From positions 2,944,001-3,008,000 of the forward strand of contig OY729428.2 in NCBI GenBank assembly GCA_963422375.2: a stretch of 64,000 bases of DNA, in the 5' to 3' direction. The stretch is from Bryobacterales bacterium. GTDB taxonomy: Bacteria > Acidobacteriota > Terriglobia > Bryobacterales > UBA6623. Both the position numbers and the translations under genes were made by a program. Positions 21,601 to 30,543 of the stretch are shown here, piece by piece (the first letter of the stretch is position 1; each line of letters starts with the position of its first letter). The notes beneath the pieces were generated by a model that was not told the origin of the DNA, did no database searches, and worked only from the letters and a program-made list of their open reading frames with translations.

Positions 21601-22302
21601 GTGCAACTGCCGATCTCCGTGATCATCCCCACGCTCAACGAGGAGCAGCAGATCGGCGGGACAGTGCGGGGGCTGCGCGGCAGCGACGTCGAGGAAGTGA
21701 TCGTGGTAGACGGCGGCAGCAGCGACGACACGCGCCGGATCGCGGAATCGACCGGTGCCCGCGTCCTGTGCGAACGCGCCAATCGCGGCGCGCAGCAGAA
21801 CCGAGGCGCGGGAGCAGCCAAGGGAGAGATCCTCCTGTTCCTGCACGCGGACACGGCCCTGCCTCGCGGGTTTGCCGATCAAGTGCGGGCGACACTCGCG
21901 CGCCCCGGGGTGAGCGCGGGCGCGTTCCGGTTCCGCCTGGACGGCCGCGGCTGGCGGCTGCGACTCGTCGAGCGGGCCGTGGGCCTGCGGTGCCGTCTGT
22001 TGCGCCTGCCGTACGGGGACCAGGCCCTGTTCGTGCGACGCGACACGTTCCAAGCGGCCGGTCGCTTCGCGCCCATCCAGGTCATGGAGGACTTCGACCT
22101 CATCCGACGCCTGAAGAAGCTGGGCCGGGTGGTTCTCGCAAACGGCGAGGCCGTCACCTCGGCCAGACGCTGGCGGCGCGAGGGCGTCTGGCGCGTGACC
22201 TGGACGCACCTCCTGTGCATTCTCGGCTATTTCCTCGGGCTGCACCCGGCGCGGCTGGCGCGCTGGCGGGACGCCGGCGCGCGGGCAGCGCCGCGCCCGT
22301 GA
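21601..22302 (+). CDS. GT2 glycosyltransferase, TIGR04283-like (arsenosugar-cluster associated)
   Basis: SVIIPTLNE, VDGGSSD, FLHADT, PYGDQALF, MEDFD and TSARRW motifs. Confidence 0.85.
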   Translation: MQLPISVIIPTLNEEQQIGGTVRGLRGSDVEEVIVVDGGSSDDTRRIAESTGARVLCERANRGAQQNRGAGAAKGEILLFLHADTALPRGFADQVRATLARPGVSAGAFRFRLDGRGWRLRLVERAVGLRCRLLRLPYGDQALFVRRDTFQAAGRFAPIQVMEDFDLIRRLKKLGRVVLANGEAVTSARRWRREGVWRVTWTHLLCILGYFLGLHPARLARWRDAGARAAPRP

Positions 22303-22381
22303 GCGACCGGATCCGATCCCCAAGTCGCAACGGCATTGCACAAACTAGAATGGTGGGCTGGCAGGAGTTGCCCGGCGGAGC

Positions 22382-22636
22382 ATGGCTAGCCTCGACGACC
22401 TCGCGCCGGGCACGACGGCGACGGTGGAGGAACTCCGCTGCGAGGAGCCCGACGCCGTCCGGCTGATGGAGCTGGGCTTCATCCCCGGCGTGGCAGTCTC
22501 GTGCCAGCGGGCCGTCCCGCTCGGTGACTTGGCGGTTTACCAGGTCGAGGGCAGCCAGATCGCTCTGCGCAGGGAGACTGCGGCGCGCATCCTCCTCTCC
22601 GAGACGCCCGAGCGGGGAGGGGACGAGCGTGCCTAG
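22382..22636 (+). CDS. feoA: Ferrous iron transport protein A
   Basis: RLMELGFIPG, PLGD and IALRRETA motifs. Overlaps feoB. Confidence 0.9.
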   Translation: MASLDDLAPGTTATVEELRCEEPDAVRLMELGFIPGVAVSCQRAVPLGDLAVYQVEGSQIALRRETAARILLSETPERGGDERA

Positions 22637-24500
22637 CGCTGCGCCAGCTCCCTCCGGCGTGAGTGGTCCGAAGGGCTCGGGCCGCCGAGTCGTCGCGATT
22701 TGCGGCGCTCCGAACGTCGGCAAGTCGACCTTGTTCAACCGGCTGACGGGGCTGCACCAGAAGGTAGCGAACTATCCCGGCATCACGGTCGAGAAGCGCA
22801 TCGGCAGCCTCGACCTGCCCGCCGGCCAACAGGTCGACCTGGTCGACCTGCCGGGAATCGTCGGACTGCATCCCCGCTCGGAAGACGAGCGGATCAGCAT
22901 GAACGTGCTGCGCGGGGCGAGCGGGGCCCTGCCGAAGCCCTCGGCGGCAATTCTGCTGCTGGACTCGACGAACCTGCGGGCGCAGCTGCGTCTGGTTCCA
23001 GAAATTCTCGGATTCGGCATCCCGACCCTCGTCGTCCTCAACATGGCGGACGACCTCGCCGCCCGCGGCGGCAGCATCGACACCGAGGCGGTGGCCAGGC
23101 AGGTCGGTGCCCCGGTGGCGCTGGTGAGCGCGCGGCAAGGCACGGGCATGGACAAGATCGCGCGGTTTCTCGAAGGCACGCTCGACCCGCCTCCGCCGGT
23201 CCGCCTGCCGGTCCTGAACAACATACCCGCCGAGCGTCTCTGGGCCGGGGGCGTCGCCCGCGACGCCGGCTACCGCCCCCCGGAACCGTCGCTGTGGGGC
23301 CGCCGCCTCGACTCCGTCTTCCTTCATCCGGTCGCCGGCCCGCTGATTTTCCTAGTCGTAGTGATCGCGGTGTTTCAGAGCATCTTCACGCTGGCGGCCC
23401 CGCTGATGGACGCCGTCGATGCCGCGGTGGCGGGCTCGGGCGGCTGGCTCGGCGCCGTCCTGCCGGACTCGATATTGAAGGGACTGCTTCTCGACGGGAT
23501 CTGGGCGGGCGTGGGATCGGTGGTGATATTCCTGCCCCAGATCCTGATCCTGTTCCTCTTCATCGGCGTGCTCGAGGATTCCGGGTACCTAGCGCGGGCG
23601 GCGGCGATCGCGGACCGCTCGATGCGCGCCGTAGGGCTCGAGGGCCGCTCCTTCATCCCCCTGCTCTCCGCCTACGCCTGCGCCGTGCCGGCGATCATGG
23701 CGGCGCGGACTATCGAGAGCCAGCGAGACCGCTTGGCGACCATCTTTATCGCGCCCCTGACAACCTGCTCGGCCCGCCTGCCGGTCTACGCCTTGCTCAT
23801 CGCGGCGTTCGTGCCGGAGCGGCCGCTGGTCGGGCCGTTCCTCGGCACGAGGGCGGCCCTGCTCCTAGGCCTGTACGCGGCCGGCTTCGTGGCGGCCTGC
23901 GGCACGGCCTGGGTGCTGAAGTCCAGCGTGCTCAGGAGCAGGCCCGCGCCGTTCATGCTGCAGCTGCCGCCCTACCGCTGGCCCACCCTGCGCTCCCTCT
24001 CGCTCAGGCTGTACGACCGCTCGAGGATCTTCCTGCGCCGTGCCGGCACTGTCATCATGGCGACGACCATCGTGCTGTGGTTCCTAGCGAGCGTGCCGTA
24101 CTCCAACGGCGAGCCGCCCGAGATCGGCGACAGCGTCGCCGGGTCGCTCGGCAGGGCGATCGAGCCGCTGGTCGAGCCGCTGGGCCTCAACTGGAAGATC
24201 GGCATAGGGCTGATCACGTCGCTCGCGGCGCGCGAGGTCATCGTCGGCACGCTGGGAACGATCTACGGCATGGAGGGGGACGAGGACTCGCCCGCCCTGC
24301 AGGAGGCCCTGCGCTCGGAGCTGACATTCGGCGGCGCGGTCGCCCTGCTGCTGTTCTTCGCGTTCGCGATGCAGTGCATGTCGACGGTCGCGATCGTGCG
24401 CCGCGAGACAGGTGGCTGGAAGTGGCCGATCGCCCAGTTCGCCTACATGCTCGCCCTGGCGTACCTTGCCGGATTCGTTGCATACCGCATGCTGGGGTGA
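22629..24500 (+). CDS. feoB: Ferrous iron transport protein B
   Basis: G1 GAPNVGKST, G2 NYPGITVE, G3 DLPG, G4 NMAD, plus EDSGYL, CAVPA and CSARLPVY. Confidence 0.95.
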   Translation: MPSAAPAPSGVSGPKGSGRRVVAICGAPNVGKSTLFNRLTGLHQKVANYPGITVEKRIGSLDLPAGQQVDLVDLPGIVGLHPRSEDERISMNVLRGASGALPKPSAAILLLDSTNLRAQLRLVPEILGFGIPTLVVLNMADDLAARGGSIDTEAVARQVGAPVALVSARQGTGMDKIARFLEGTLDPPPPVRLPVLNNIPAERLWAGGVARDAGYRPPEPSLWGRRLDSVFLHPVAGPLIFLVVVIAVFQSIFTLAAPLMDAVDAAVAGSGGWLGAVLPDSILKGLLLDGIWAGVGSVVIFLPQILILFLFIGVLEDSGYLARAAAIADRSMRAVGLEGRSFIPLLSAYACAVPAIMAARTIESQRDRLATIFIAPLTTCSARLPVYALLIAAFVPERPLVGPFLGTRAALLLGLYAAGFVAACGTAWVLKSSVLRSRPAPFMLQLPPYRWPTLRSLSLRLYDRSRIFLRRAGTVIMATTIVLWFLASVPYSNGEPPEIGDSVAGSLGRAIEPLVEPLGLNWKIGIGLITSLAAREVIVGTLGTIYGMEGDEDSPALQEALRSELTFGGAVALLLFFAFAMQCMSTVAIVRRETGGWKWPIAQFAYMLALAYLAGFVAYRMLG

Positions 24501-24552
24501 CCGGGCCCGTGGATGCAGCGGGCGGCTCCTCTTCCGATGCAGCTCGAGCCGT

Positions 24553-25122
24553 TCAGATCTTGACAAGCAGGACGATGACGAACGCGGCGAACACGCCTAG
24601 CGCGGCATACTCGCGGTTGGCCCGGTAGAGAGCGGGATCGAAGCGCTCTCGCGAGTCGCACCCCGGCAGCATGGTCGGCACGAAGCGCGGCACGCGCTCC
24701 TCGTACCCGCTGTAGCCTGGCAGGATCTTGCGGAGATGGTCTTCCTCCTCTCCCACCACCGGGAGGTACCAGCACAGGAACACGATGACAATCGCGCCCA
24801 CGGTGGGAAGATGATTCGCGCTCGCGCCGAGCCCTACGGCCGCCAGGAGGCTCCCGACGTAGAGCGGGTTGCGCGAGTGCGCGTACGGGCCCGAGACTGT
24901 CAGCTCCAAGTTCTTCCGCAGGTGCCCGGCCGCCCAAGCCCGGACCGTCAGCCCCACCAAGGCGATCGGAATGCCAGCGGCCATCGCGCCGAGCGTCGGC
25001 TGGGCGAACCAGCACGCCCCGACAGCCAGCAGGACGCTCACAGCGACCCGGGATCTCGAGGCCAGCGCGGCCCAGCGCTTGCGCAGCGCGACCGAAGGCG
25101 GAGCTGATGCCTTGACTGGCAA
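24553..25122 (-). CDS. Isoprenylcysteine carboxylmethyltransferase / PEMT family membrane protein
   Basis: GPYAHSRNPLYVG and EE...Y...VPRF motifs. Start codon uncertain. Confidence 0.85.
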   Translation of the reverse strand: MPVKASAPPSVALRKRWAALASRSRVAVSVLLAVGACWFAQPTLGAMAAGIPIALVGLTVRAWAAGHLRKNLELTVSGPYAHSRNPLYVGSLLAAVGLGASANHLPTVGAIVIVFLCWYLPVVGEEEDHLRKILPGYSGYEERVPRFVPTMLPGCDSRERFDPALYRANREYAALGVFAAFVIVLLVKI

Positions 25123-25455
25123 GTGTCTAGAACGCGCCGGAAGCCCTGATCGAAGCCTGCGCTACCTCCTTTTCTGCGGGCCCACGGGCCGGAGCGCGAG
25201 AACGACCGCCGGATGCCGCCGATGCATGTCCGTCGTCTCCGTTGCCGGCAGGCGGTGCCCGAGTCCCGACTGCGACCGAGGAGCGAGGCGCTGCCGGGAC
25301 CCCGACCGACCGACCCGGCCCCCCACCGTCAGCCGAAGGCTCTGCCGCGACGCAGGCCCTCGGCCATCCCTGCCGGAGCCAAGCCATTGTAAGTCAAGCG
25401 ACCGCGCACGCGGCTCGCCCGCCCGGTGTCGCGTCTGCGAGTACGTTGTGCGCGC

Positions 25456-26295
25456 ATGACGGTTGCCGATGCACTGCGGGATGCAGTCAGCACGCTTGAC
25501 GACCATGGCGTCGGATCTCCGGCGCTCACCGCCAGGGTGTTCCTCGGCGACATCCTCGGCCGAGACCAAGCCTGGCTGGCGGCCCACTCGGAGGAGCGCC
25601 TCGGGAAGGGGCGTCTCGCGGCATTCGAGGGAATGCTGCGGGCACGCTGCCAAGGCGTGCCGACCCAGTACATCCGGGGGATCCAGGAGTTCTACGGCCT
25701 CGAGTTCCGGGTCACGCCGGACGTGCTGATCCCCCGCCCCGAGACAGAACACCTCGTCGAGGCTGCGCTGGAGCGAATCGGACCCGGCGTCCGCGTGGCG
25801 GACATCGGAACGGGCTCGGGCGCGGTCGCAGTGGCGATCGCCAGGAACGCCCCCGGCGCCCGCGTCTGCGCGTCCGACATCTCCCAAGCCGCGGTCGGGG
25901 TCGCCCGCGCCAACGCGAACCGCCTAGGCGCGACGGTCGCTTTCTGCGTCGGCGACCTGCTCTCTTCATTCGGGAACCGGAGCGTCGACATGGTCGTGTC
26001 GAACCCCCCGTACGTGCCTTTGCGCGATGCCGGCTCGCTGCAGCGGGAGCTGCGTCACGAGCCCTCCGTCGCTCTCTATGGGGGCGAGGACGGACTGGCC
26101 GTATTGGGGCGGCTGTCTCGAGAGGCGCCTCGCGCCCTTCGACCGGGCGGCTGGCTGCTGGCCGAAATCGGCTACAACTCACGCCCGGGGGTGGAGCGCC
26201 TCCTAGCGATGGGCGGATGGGATGACCCGGTCTTCCTGCCGGATCTCTCCGGAATCGACCGCGTGGTGGCGGTCAGGCGACCATCCGACCCATGA
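25456..26295 (+). CDS. prmC: Release factor glutamine methyltransferase HemK
   Basis: VLIPRPETE, DIGTGSG, SNPPY and HEP..AL.GG.DGL motifs. Confidence 0.95.
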   Translation: MTVADALRDAVSTLDDHGVGSPALTARVFLGDILGRDQAWLAAHSEERLGKGRLAAFEGMLRARCQGVPTQYIRGIQEFYGLEFRVTPDVLIPRPETEHLVEAALERIGPGVRVADIGTGSGAVAVAIARNAPGARVCASDISQAAVGVARANANRLGATVAFCVGDLLSSFGNRSVDMVVSNPPYVPLRDAGSLQRELRHEPSVALYGGEDGLAVLGRLSREAPRALRPGGWLLAEIGYNSRPGVERLLAMGGWDDPVFLPDLSGIDRVVAVRRPSDP

Positions 26296-26398
26296 CTGGG
26301 CGCCATTCCGTCCGCAAGCCGATGTGACACGATGGAGTCGAGCCTCGCGGCAGGCATCGGTTCGCCGAACCGGCGCGGCGCGCGAGCCGACGCACACG

Positions 26399-27643
26399 AT
26401 GAGAATCACCAGGGTCGAAGGGCTGCTGATGTCCTGTCCATTCGAGAGGCCGATCCACCTGCCCTTCCACGGTGGGCTGCGGACCGTTCTCAAGCGCGAC
26501 GCGATGCTCATCCGGGTCTGCACGGATGCCGGGATCAAGGGCTTCGCGCCGGGGCCCGCCCATGTCCGCGCGGTGCGCGAGATCGAGGGAACGATCGGTC
26601 CGTTCCTCGAAGGCAGGGATCCGACCGAGTGGAGCGACTTCGGCTTCCGGGCGGCCCTCGAGACCCAGAAGACCTACCATGCCGTCGAGGTGGCGGTCAT
26701 CGACGCCGCGGCCAAGGCCGAGCAGGCCACCATGTCCGAGCTTCTCGGGGGGCGCAAGCGGGAGCGCATCAAGTGCTACGGCTCGGCAGGCATGTACATG
26801 CCGCCCGAAGGGTACGCGGCGGAAGCCGCGGCCGTGCAGGCGCTGGGCTTTCCGGCCTACAAGCTGCGCCCCGCAGCCGGACCGGAGGGCGACCTGCGCA
26901 CGGCGGAGGCCGTCCGCGCGGCGACGGGACCGGGCTTCGGCATGATGCTGGACTGCCACGCGTGGTGGCGCATGGGCGACCGGAGCTACTCCCCGCAGAC
27001 CGTCGGACGGCTCTGCAGGGACCTGGAAGCGTTCAGCCCGTACTGGATCGAGGAACCGCTGCCTCCGGACGATCACCCGGGCTACAAGGCCCTTCGCGCC
27101 AGCCAGCCGCTGGCGCTGGCGTCGGGCGAGCACGAGCAGGACGAGAGCTCGTTCCGGGATCTGATCGCGTCCGGCGGCATCGACTTCGTTCAAATGGACG
27201 TGTGCTGCCAAGGCGGGTTCGCCATGGGCGAGCGGGTCTTCGCGGCGGCCGAGCGACAGGGCATCCGGTTCGCGTTCCACAGCTGGGGCACGCTGCTCGA
27301 GGTCATCGCGGCCGCGCAGCTGGGCGTGTGTTGGCCGGAGAGCGTGGTCGAGTGGCTCGAGTACCCCCTGCATTCGAACGGCGGCAAGCCCGGCATGTAC
27401 CCGTTCCCTGCCGCCGATGAAATCCTAGCGGAGCCGCTCCAGATCGAGAGCGGGTGCCTGCAGGTGCCGGACAAGCCGGGCATCGGCGTGGAGGTCGACG
27501 AGAGCGTCGCCGACCGTTACCCGTTCGTACCGGGCCCGTGGTCGATCTTCCGCATCGACTCTCCTCCGGAGACACTCGCAGTCGACGGCGACCACAGCGT
27601 CCCGTGGGTCGATGCTGACGGCGCCCTTGTGCAAGGCCGGTGA
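26399..27643 (+). CDS. Mandelate racemase/muconate lactonizing (enolase superfamily) enzyme
   Basis: YKLRP, metal ligands in MLDCH, WIEEP and ASGE, FHSW, and PDKPGIGVEVD. Confidence 0.88.
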   Translation: MRITRVEGLLMSCPFERPIHLPFHGGLRTVLKRDAMLIRVCTDAGIKGFAPGPAHVRAVREIEGTIGPFLEGRDPTEWSDFGFRAALETQKTYHAVEVAVIDAAAKAEQATMSELLGGRKRERIKCYGSAGMYMPPEGYAAEAAAVQALGFPAYKLRPAAGPEGDLRTAEAVRAATGPGFGMMLDCHAWWRMGDRSYSPQTVGRLCRDLEAFSPYWIEEPLPPDDHPGYKALRASQPLALASGEHEQDESSFRDLIASGGIDFVQMDVCCQGGFAMGERVFAAAERQGIRFAFHSWGTLLEVIAAAQLGVCWPESVVEWLEYPLHSNGGKPGMYPFPAADEILAEPLQIESGCLQVPDKPGIGVEVDESVADRYPFVPGPWSIFRIDSPPETLAVDGDHSVPWVDADGALVQGR

Positions 27644-27675
27644 CGGAGCGCCGCCTCGACGCTCCGTCCCGTGGA

Positions 27676-27873
27676 CTAGTCGCGCGACATCCGGGCGCGC
27701 TTGCGGAGCCTCTTGCGAGCCAATGCCTGCTTCAGCCTGCGCTTCTCGCCGGGCTTCATGTAGTAGGAGTGCCGCTTCACATCCTTGATGATGTCTTCCT
27801 GCTGTACCTTGCGCTTGAAGCGGCGCAAGGCGACATCGAGCGGCTCGCCCTCCGTGACGTGGACTTCAGCCAT
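27676..27873 (-). CDS. rpsU: 30S ribosomal protein S21
   Basis: ALRRFKRKV and YYMKPGEKRR motifs, RBS GGAGGT, and -10 TATACT at 27951-27956. Confidence 0.95.
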   Translation of the reverse strand: MAEVHVTEGEPLDVALRRFKRKVQQEDIIKDVKRHSYYMKPGEKRRLKQALARKRLRKRARMSRD

Positions 27874-28522
27874 ATACCAGCAGCACCTCCCTTCCGGGAC
27901 AGTCTCGCCGAGGGGCGCCGCAGACCGCGGTCCGTCGCGCCCCAAGCTGCAGTATAGCCAACTGCGCCCGGCCTGTCGCGCGGGACCCAGCTCACGGCCC
28001 GCCCGGGGCTCGGATTTCGACTGCGGGCTTCGGAAGAGACGAGGGGCAAGGGCGAACCCTCAGATGAGTCTTGCGTCGAAACCGGATACCTAGCCTGACG
28101 GGCCGCGCCCGGAGTTAGGTCGCGCACTTGTGCGGAGGCAGGTCTCTGCGATTCAAGCGCTTGCCATCGTGCAGGAGACCAACGCGTCGATGTGCCGGCC
28201 GGCCAGTCTCCTGGCGCATGAAGTTCGGCGACAGGCATCTACCTGCAGCGAGATGCCGTAGCCGCCAACCAGTTGGGTATGGCCTTGTCGCCGGAGTCGG
28301 TCAGCCCAGGCCCCCGTCGGTGCGAATGTCAACGTACGAGCGAACGCATGCCCGACTTCGATGCCCGGGAGAAGGCCGGATTCGTTGCATCCGCCGACTG
28401 CTTGCGATGGATCTCCCGCCGAGCTTCCCTCGACCATGCGAGCACGAGAGCGGCGTGCTAGGCTGCCCTGCAGCCCCGGCTCGACACCGGCGACGGGGGC
28501 TTCCGGCCCGGCGGTGCCAACA

Positions 28523-29947
28523 ATGGATCGGCGCGAGATGTTGCATTCCTGCTTGGCCGTCGGCGGCTGTGGAGTCCTTGGGAACATTGCGGCGCCCGGT
28601 GCGGAACCTAGCGGCGGGCTGGACCGTTTCGGGGGCTGGGCCGACAGGAAGTTTGAGTCTACCGGCTTCTTTCGCGTCGAAAAGGCCGACCGGTGGTGGC
28701 TAGTGACCCCGGATGGTCACGCCTTCCTGAGCCTCGGCATCAACCACCTCCATCCCGACCTTTGGAACCAGGACTACAACCGGGCCGCATGGAAGGCGCG
28801 GCTGGGCTTGGAGAATCTGTCCGGGCCCGGCTTTCGAACGGCGTTGAGAGGGTGGTTTCTCCAGACCTGCCGCGAGTACGGCTTTAACACGGTCGGCGTC
28901 CACACCTCGCTGGCGGTCGCGAACAGCCCGCGTCCGTCCATGCCGTACATGCAACCGATTCGATTCGTGGACATCCCTCACTGGCAGACCGAGATTCCCG
29001 ACGAAAACTTCGTGGATGTCTTCACCGACGAGTTCGCTGGCCACTGCGACAGCCTGGCGCGCGACATAGCCGCTCCGTTGCGAGACGATCCGCTTCTGCT
29101 CGGCTACGCCATGACCGACTGTCCGTTGCTCACGGAGGAGGATTGCCGCGAGCGCCCAGATGTGATCGGCGGAGCCCGGCGCGAGGCCCGAATCGGGTGG
29201 CCGCGGCGCCTGCGGAACCTCGGCCAGGGCAGTCCCGGCAAGATCGCCTACGTCGACACGATGAAGTTCTTGTATCGAGACGACATCGGCCAGTTCAACG
29301 CGACCTACGGCACGCGCTTCGCGTCGTTCGGCGAACTCGCCGCCGCCGAGCACTGGCGCCCGCGAACCGATCTGTCCAACGGCGACGAGACCCGCGACAA
29401 CGTCGAGTTCCTCCAGCGTGCGGTGGCCCGGTACTACCGGACGGCCCGCGATGCAATCCGCCGACACGATCCGAACCACCTCTTCTTCGGCGACAAGATC
29501 AATGCGAATACCGACTCTTTAGACACCGTGCTGCCGGTGACCAGCCGGTTCACTGACGTCGTCTTCTATCAGATGTACGCCCGGTACGAAGTGCAGAAGC
29601 CCGGTCTCGACCGCTGGTCGGACATCGTTGACCAACCTCTGGTCAACGGCGATTCCGCCTTCACCATGATCACGGAGCACATGCCGCGGCCGTACGGACC
29701 GGTGGCCGACAGCCTCGAGCAGCGCGCCGACTGGACCGAGGACTTCTTCCGGAGCGCTTTCGCTCGCGCGAGCTTCGTCGGCTGGCACTATTGCGGCTTG
29801 ATCGACGCGCCGAACCAGATCCCGCGCAAGCAGGCGCGCCAGCACTCCGGCCTGCTGGACGGACGCGGGAACCCGTATCCCTTGCTCAAGCGGGTCTTTG
29901 AGAGTTGCTCCGCCGACCTGTACCGGATCGCCTCGCAGAGCGGGTAG
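28523..29947 (+). CDS. Tat-exported agarase-like glycoside hydrolase
   Basis: Twin-arginine MDRREML, LDRFGGW, TGFFRVEK..RWWLVTPDG, GFNT, DDPLLLGY, DPNHLFFG and VGWHYC motifs, typical of GH50-like proteins. Confidence 0.7.
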   Translation: MDRREMLHSCLAVGGCGVLGNIAAPGAEPSGGLDRFGGWADRKFESTGFFRVEKADRWWLVTPDGHAFLSLGINHLHPDLWNQDYNRAAWKARLGLENLSGPGFRTALRGWFLQTCREYGFNTVGVHTSLAVANSPRPSMPYMQPIRFVDIPHWQTEIPDENFVDVFTDEFAGHCDSLARDIAAPLRDDPLLLGYAMTDCPLLTEEDCRERPDVIGGARREARIGWPRRLRNLGQGSPGKIAYVDTMKFLYRDDIGQFNATYGTRFASFGELAAAEHWRPRTDLSNGDETRDNVEFLQRAVARYYRTARDAIRRHDPNHLFFGDKINANTDSLDTVLPVTSRFTDVVFYQMYARYEVQKPGLDRWSDIVDQPLVNGDSAFTMITEHMPRPYGPVADSLEQRADWTEDFFRSAFARASFVGWHYCGLIDAPNQIPRKQARQHSGLLDGRGNPYPLLKRVFESCSADLYRIASQSG

Positions 29948-30543
29948 GTCGGTCGCCGAGGCAGCGCGAGCGCCTAGCAGACCCGAGCGGGAGGCTTCCC
30001 CTCGGTCATCGGTGCCGCCCGCCGGATTCGGCCGGGCACCATGACGCGCGGCCAGTTCCCCGGCGGGGTCAGCCCAGAGCATGGAGCGACAGGGTCCGCT
30101 CCCTCCGCGCTACCCGATCGTTCGGTGCGGCCACGGCCTGCGGCTGGCGGATTCCCGGTACGCTCCCGCGTGCAAGCGCCGGTGCAGGTTGGATAGCCGC
30201 CCGTCCAGCCCTAGCCCGGACTCTTCCCTCGCCACTCCGACCGCGCCCGGGGGCGTCGAACTCCAGCCCGAGATACGCTGCCCCCAAGGCCTCCGGCGTG
30301 ACGTGGCGGGGGAGCGCCGTCAGTCGCTCAGGCGGCCCCGCCGGCGGTCCGCCTGCCGAGCGGTCGCGCGAGAGACCGGAGCCTCGGCAAGCCCTGATCG
30401 CTGCTCGGCGACACGTCCGCGCCCTCCTGACATAGTCAGGAAGACTGCCCTCCCGGAAGCAAGGCACGCGGGCACCCAGGCGGGAGAAGGACTCGCAACT
30501 ACGGCATCGCACCCTCCATAGGGCTTGTAGTCGGCAGGCAGGA

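Noticed and set aside
22325..22340. Iron-regulator operator (GCAA-N5-TTGC) upstream of feoA
   Set aside because: The position is plausible but the dyad is too short to call without comparative data.
28005..28400. tmRNA suggested by GGGGCTCGGATTTCGAC
   Set aside because: No matching T-arm/acceptor CCA end or tag peptide seen downstream.
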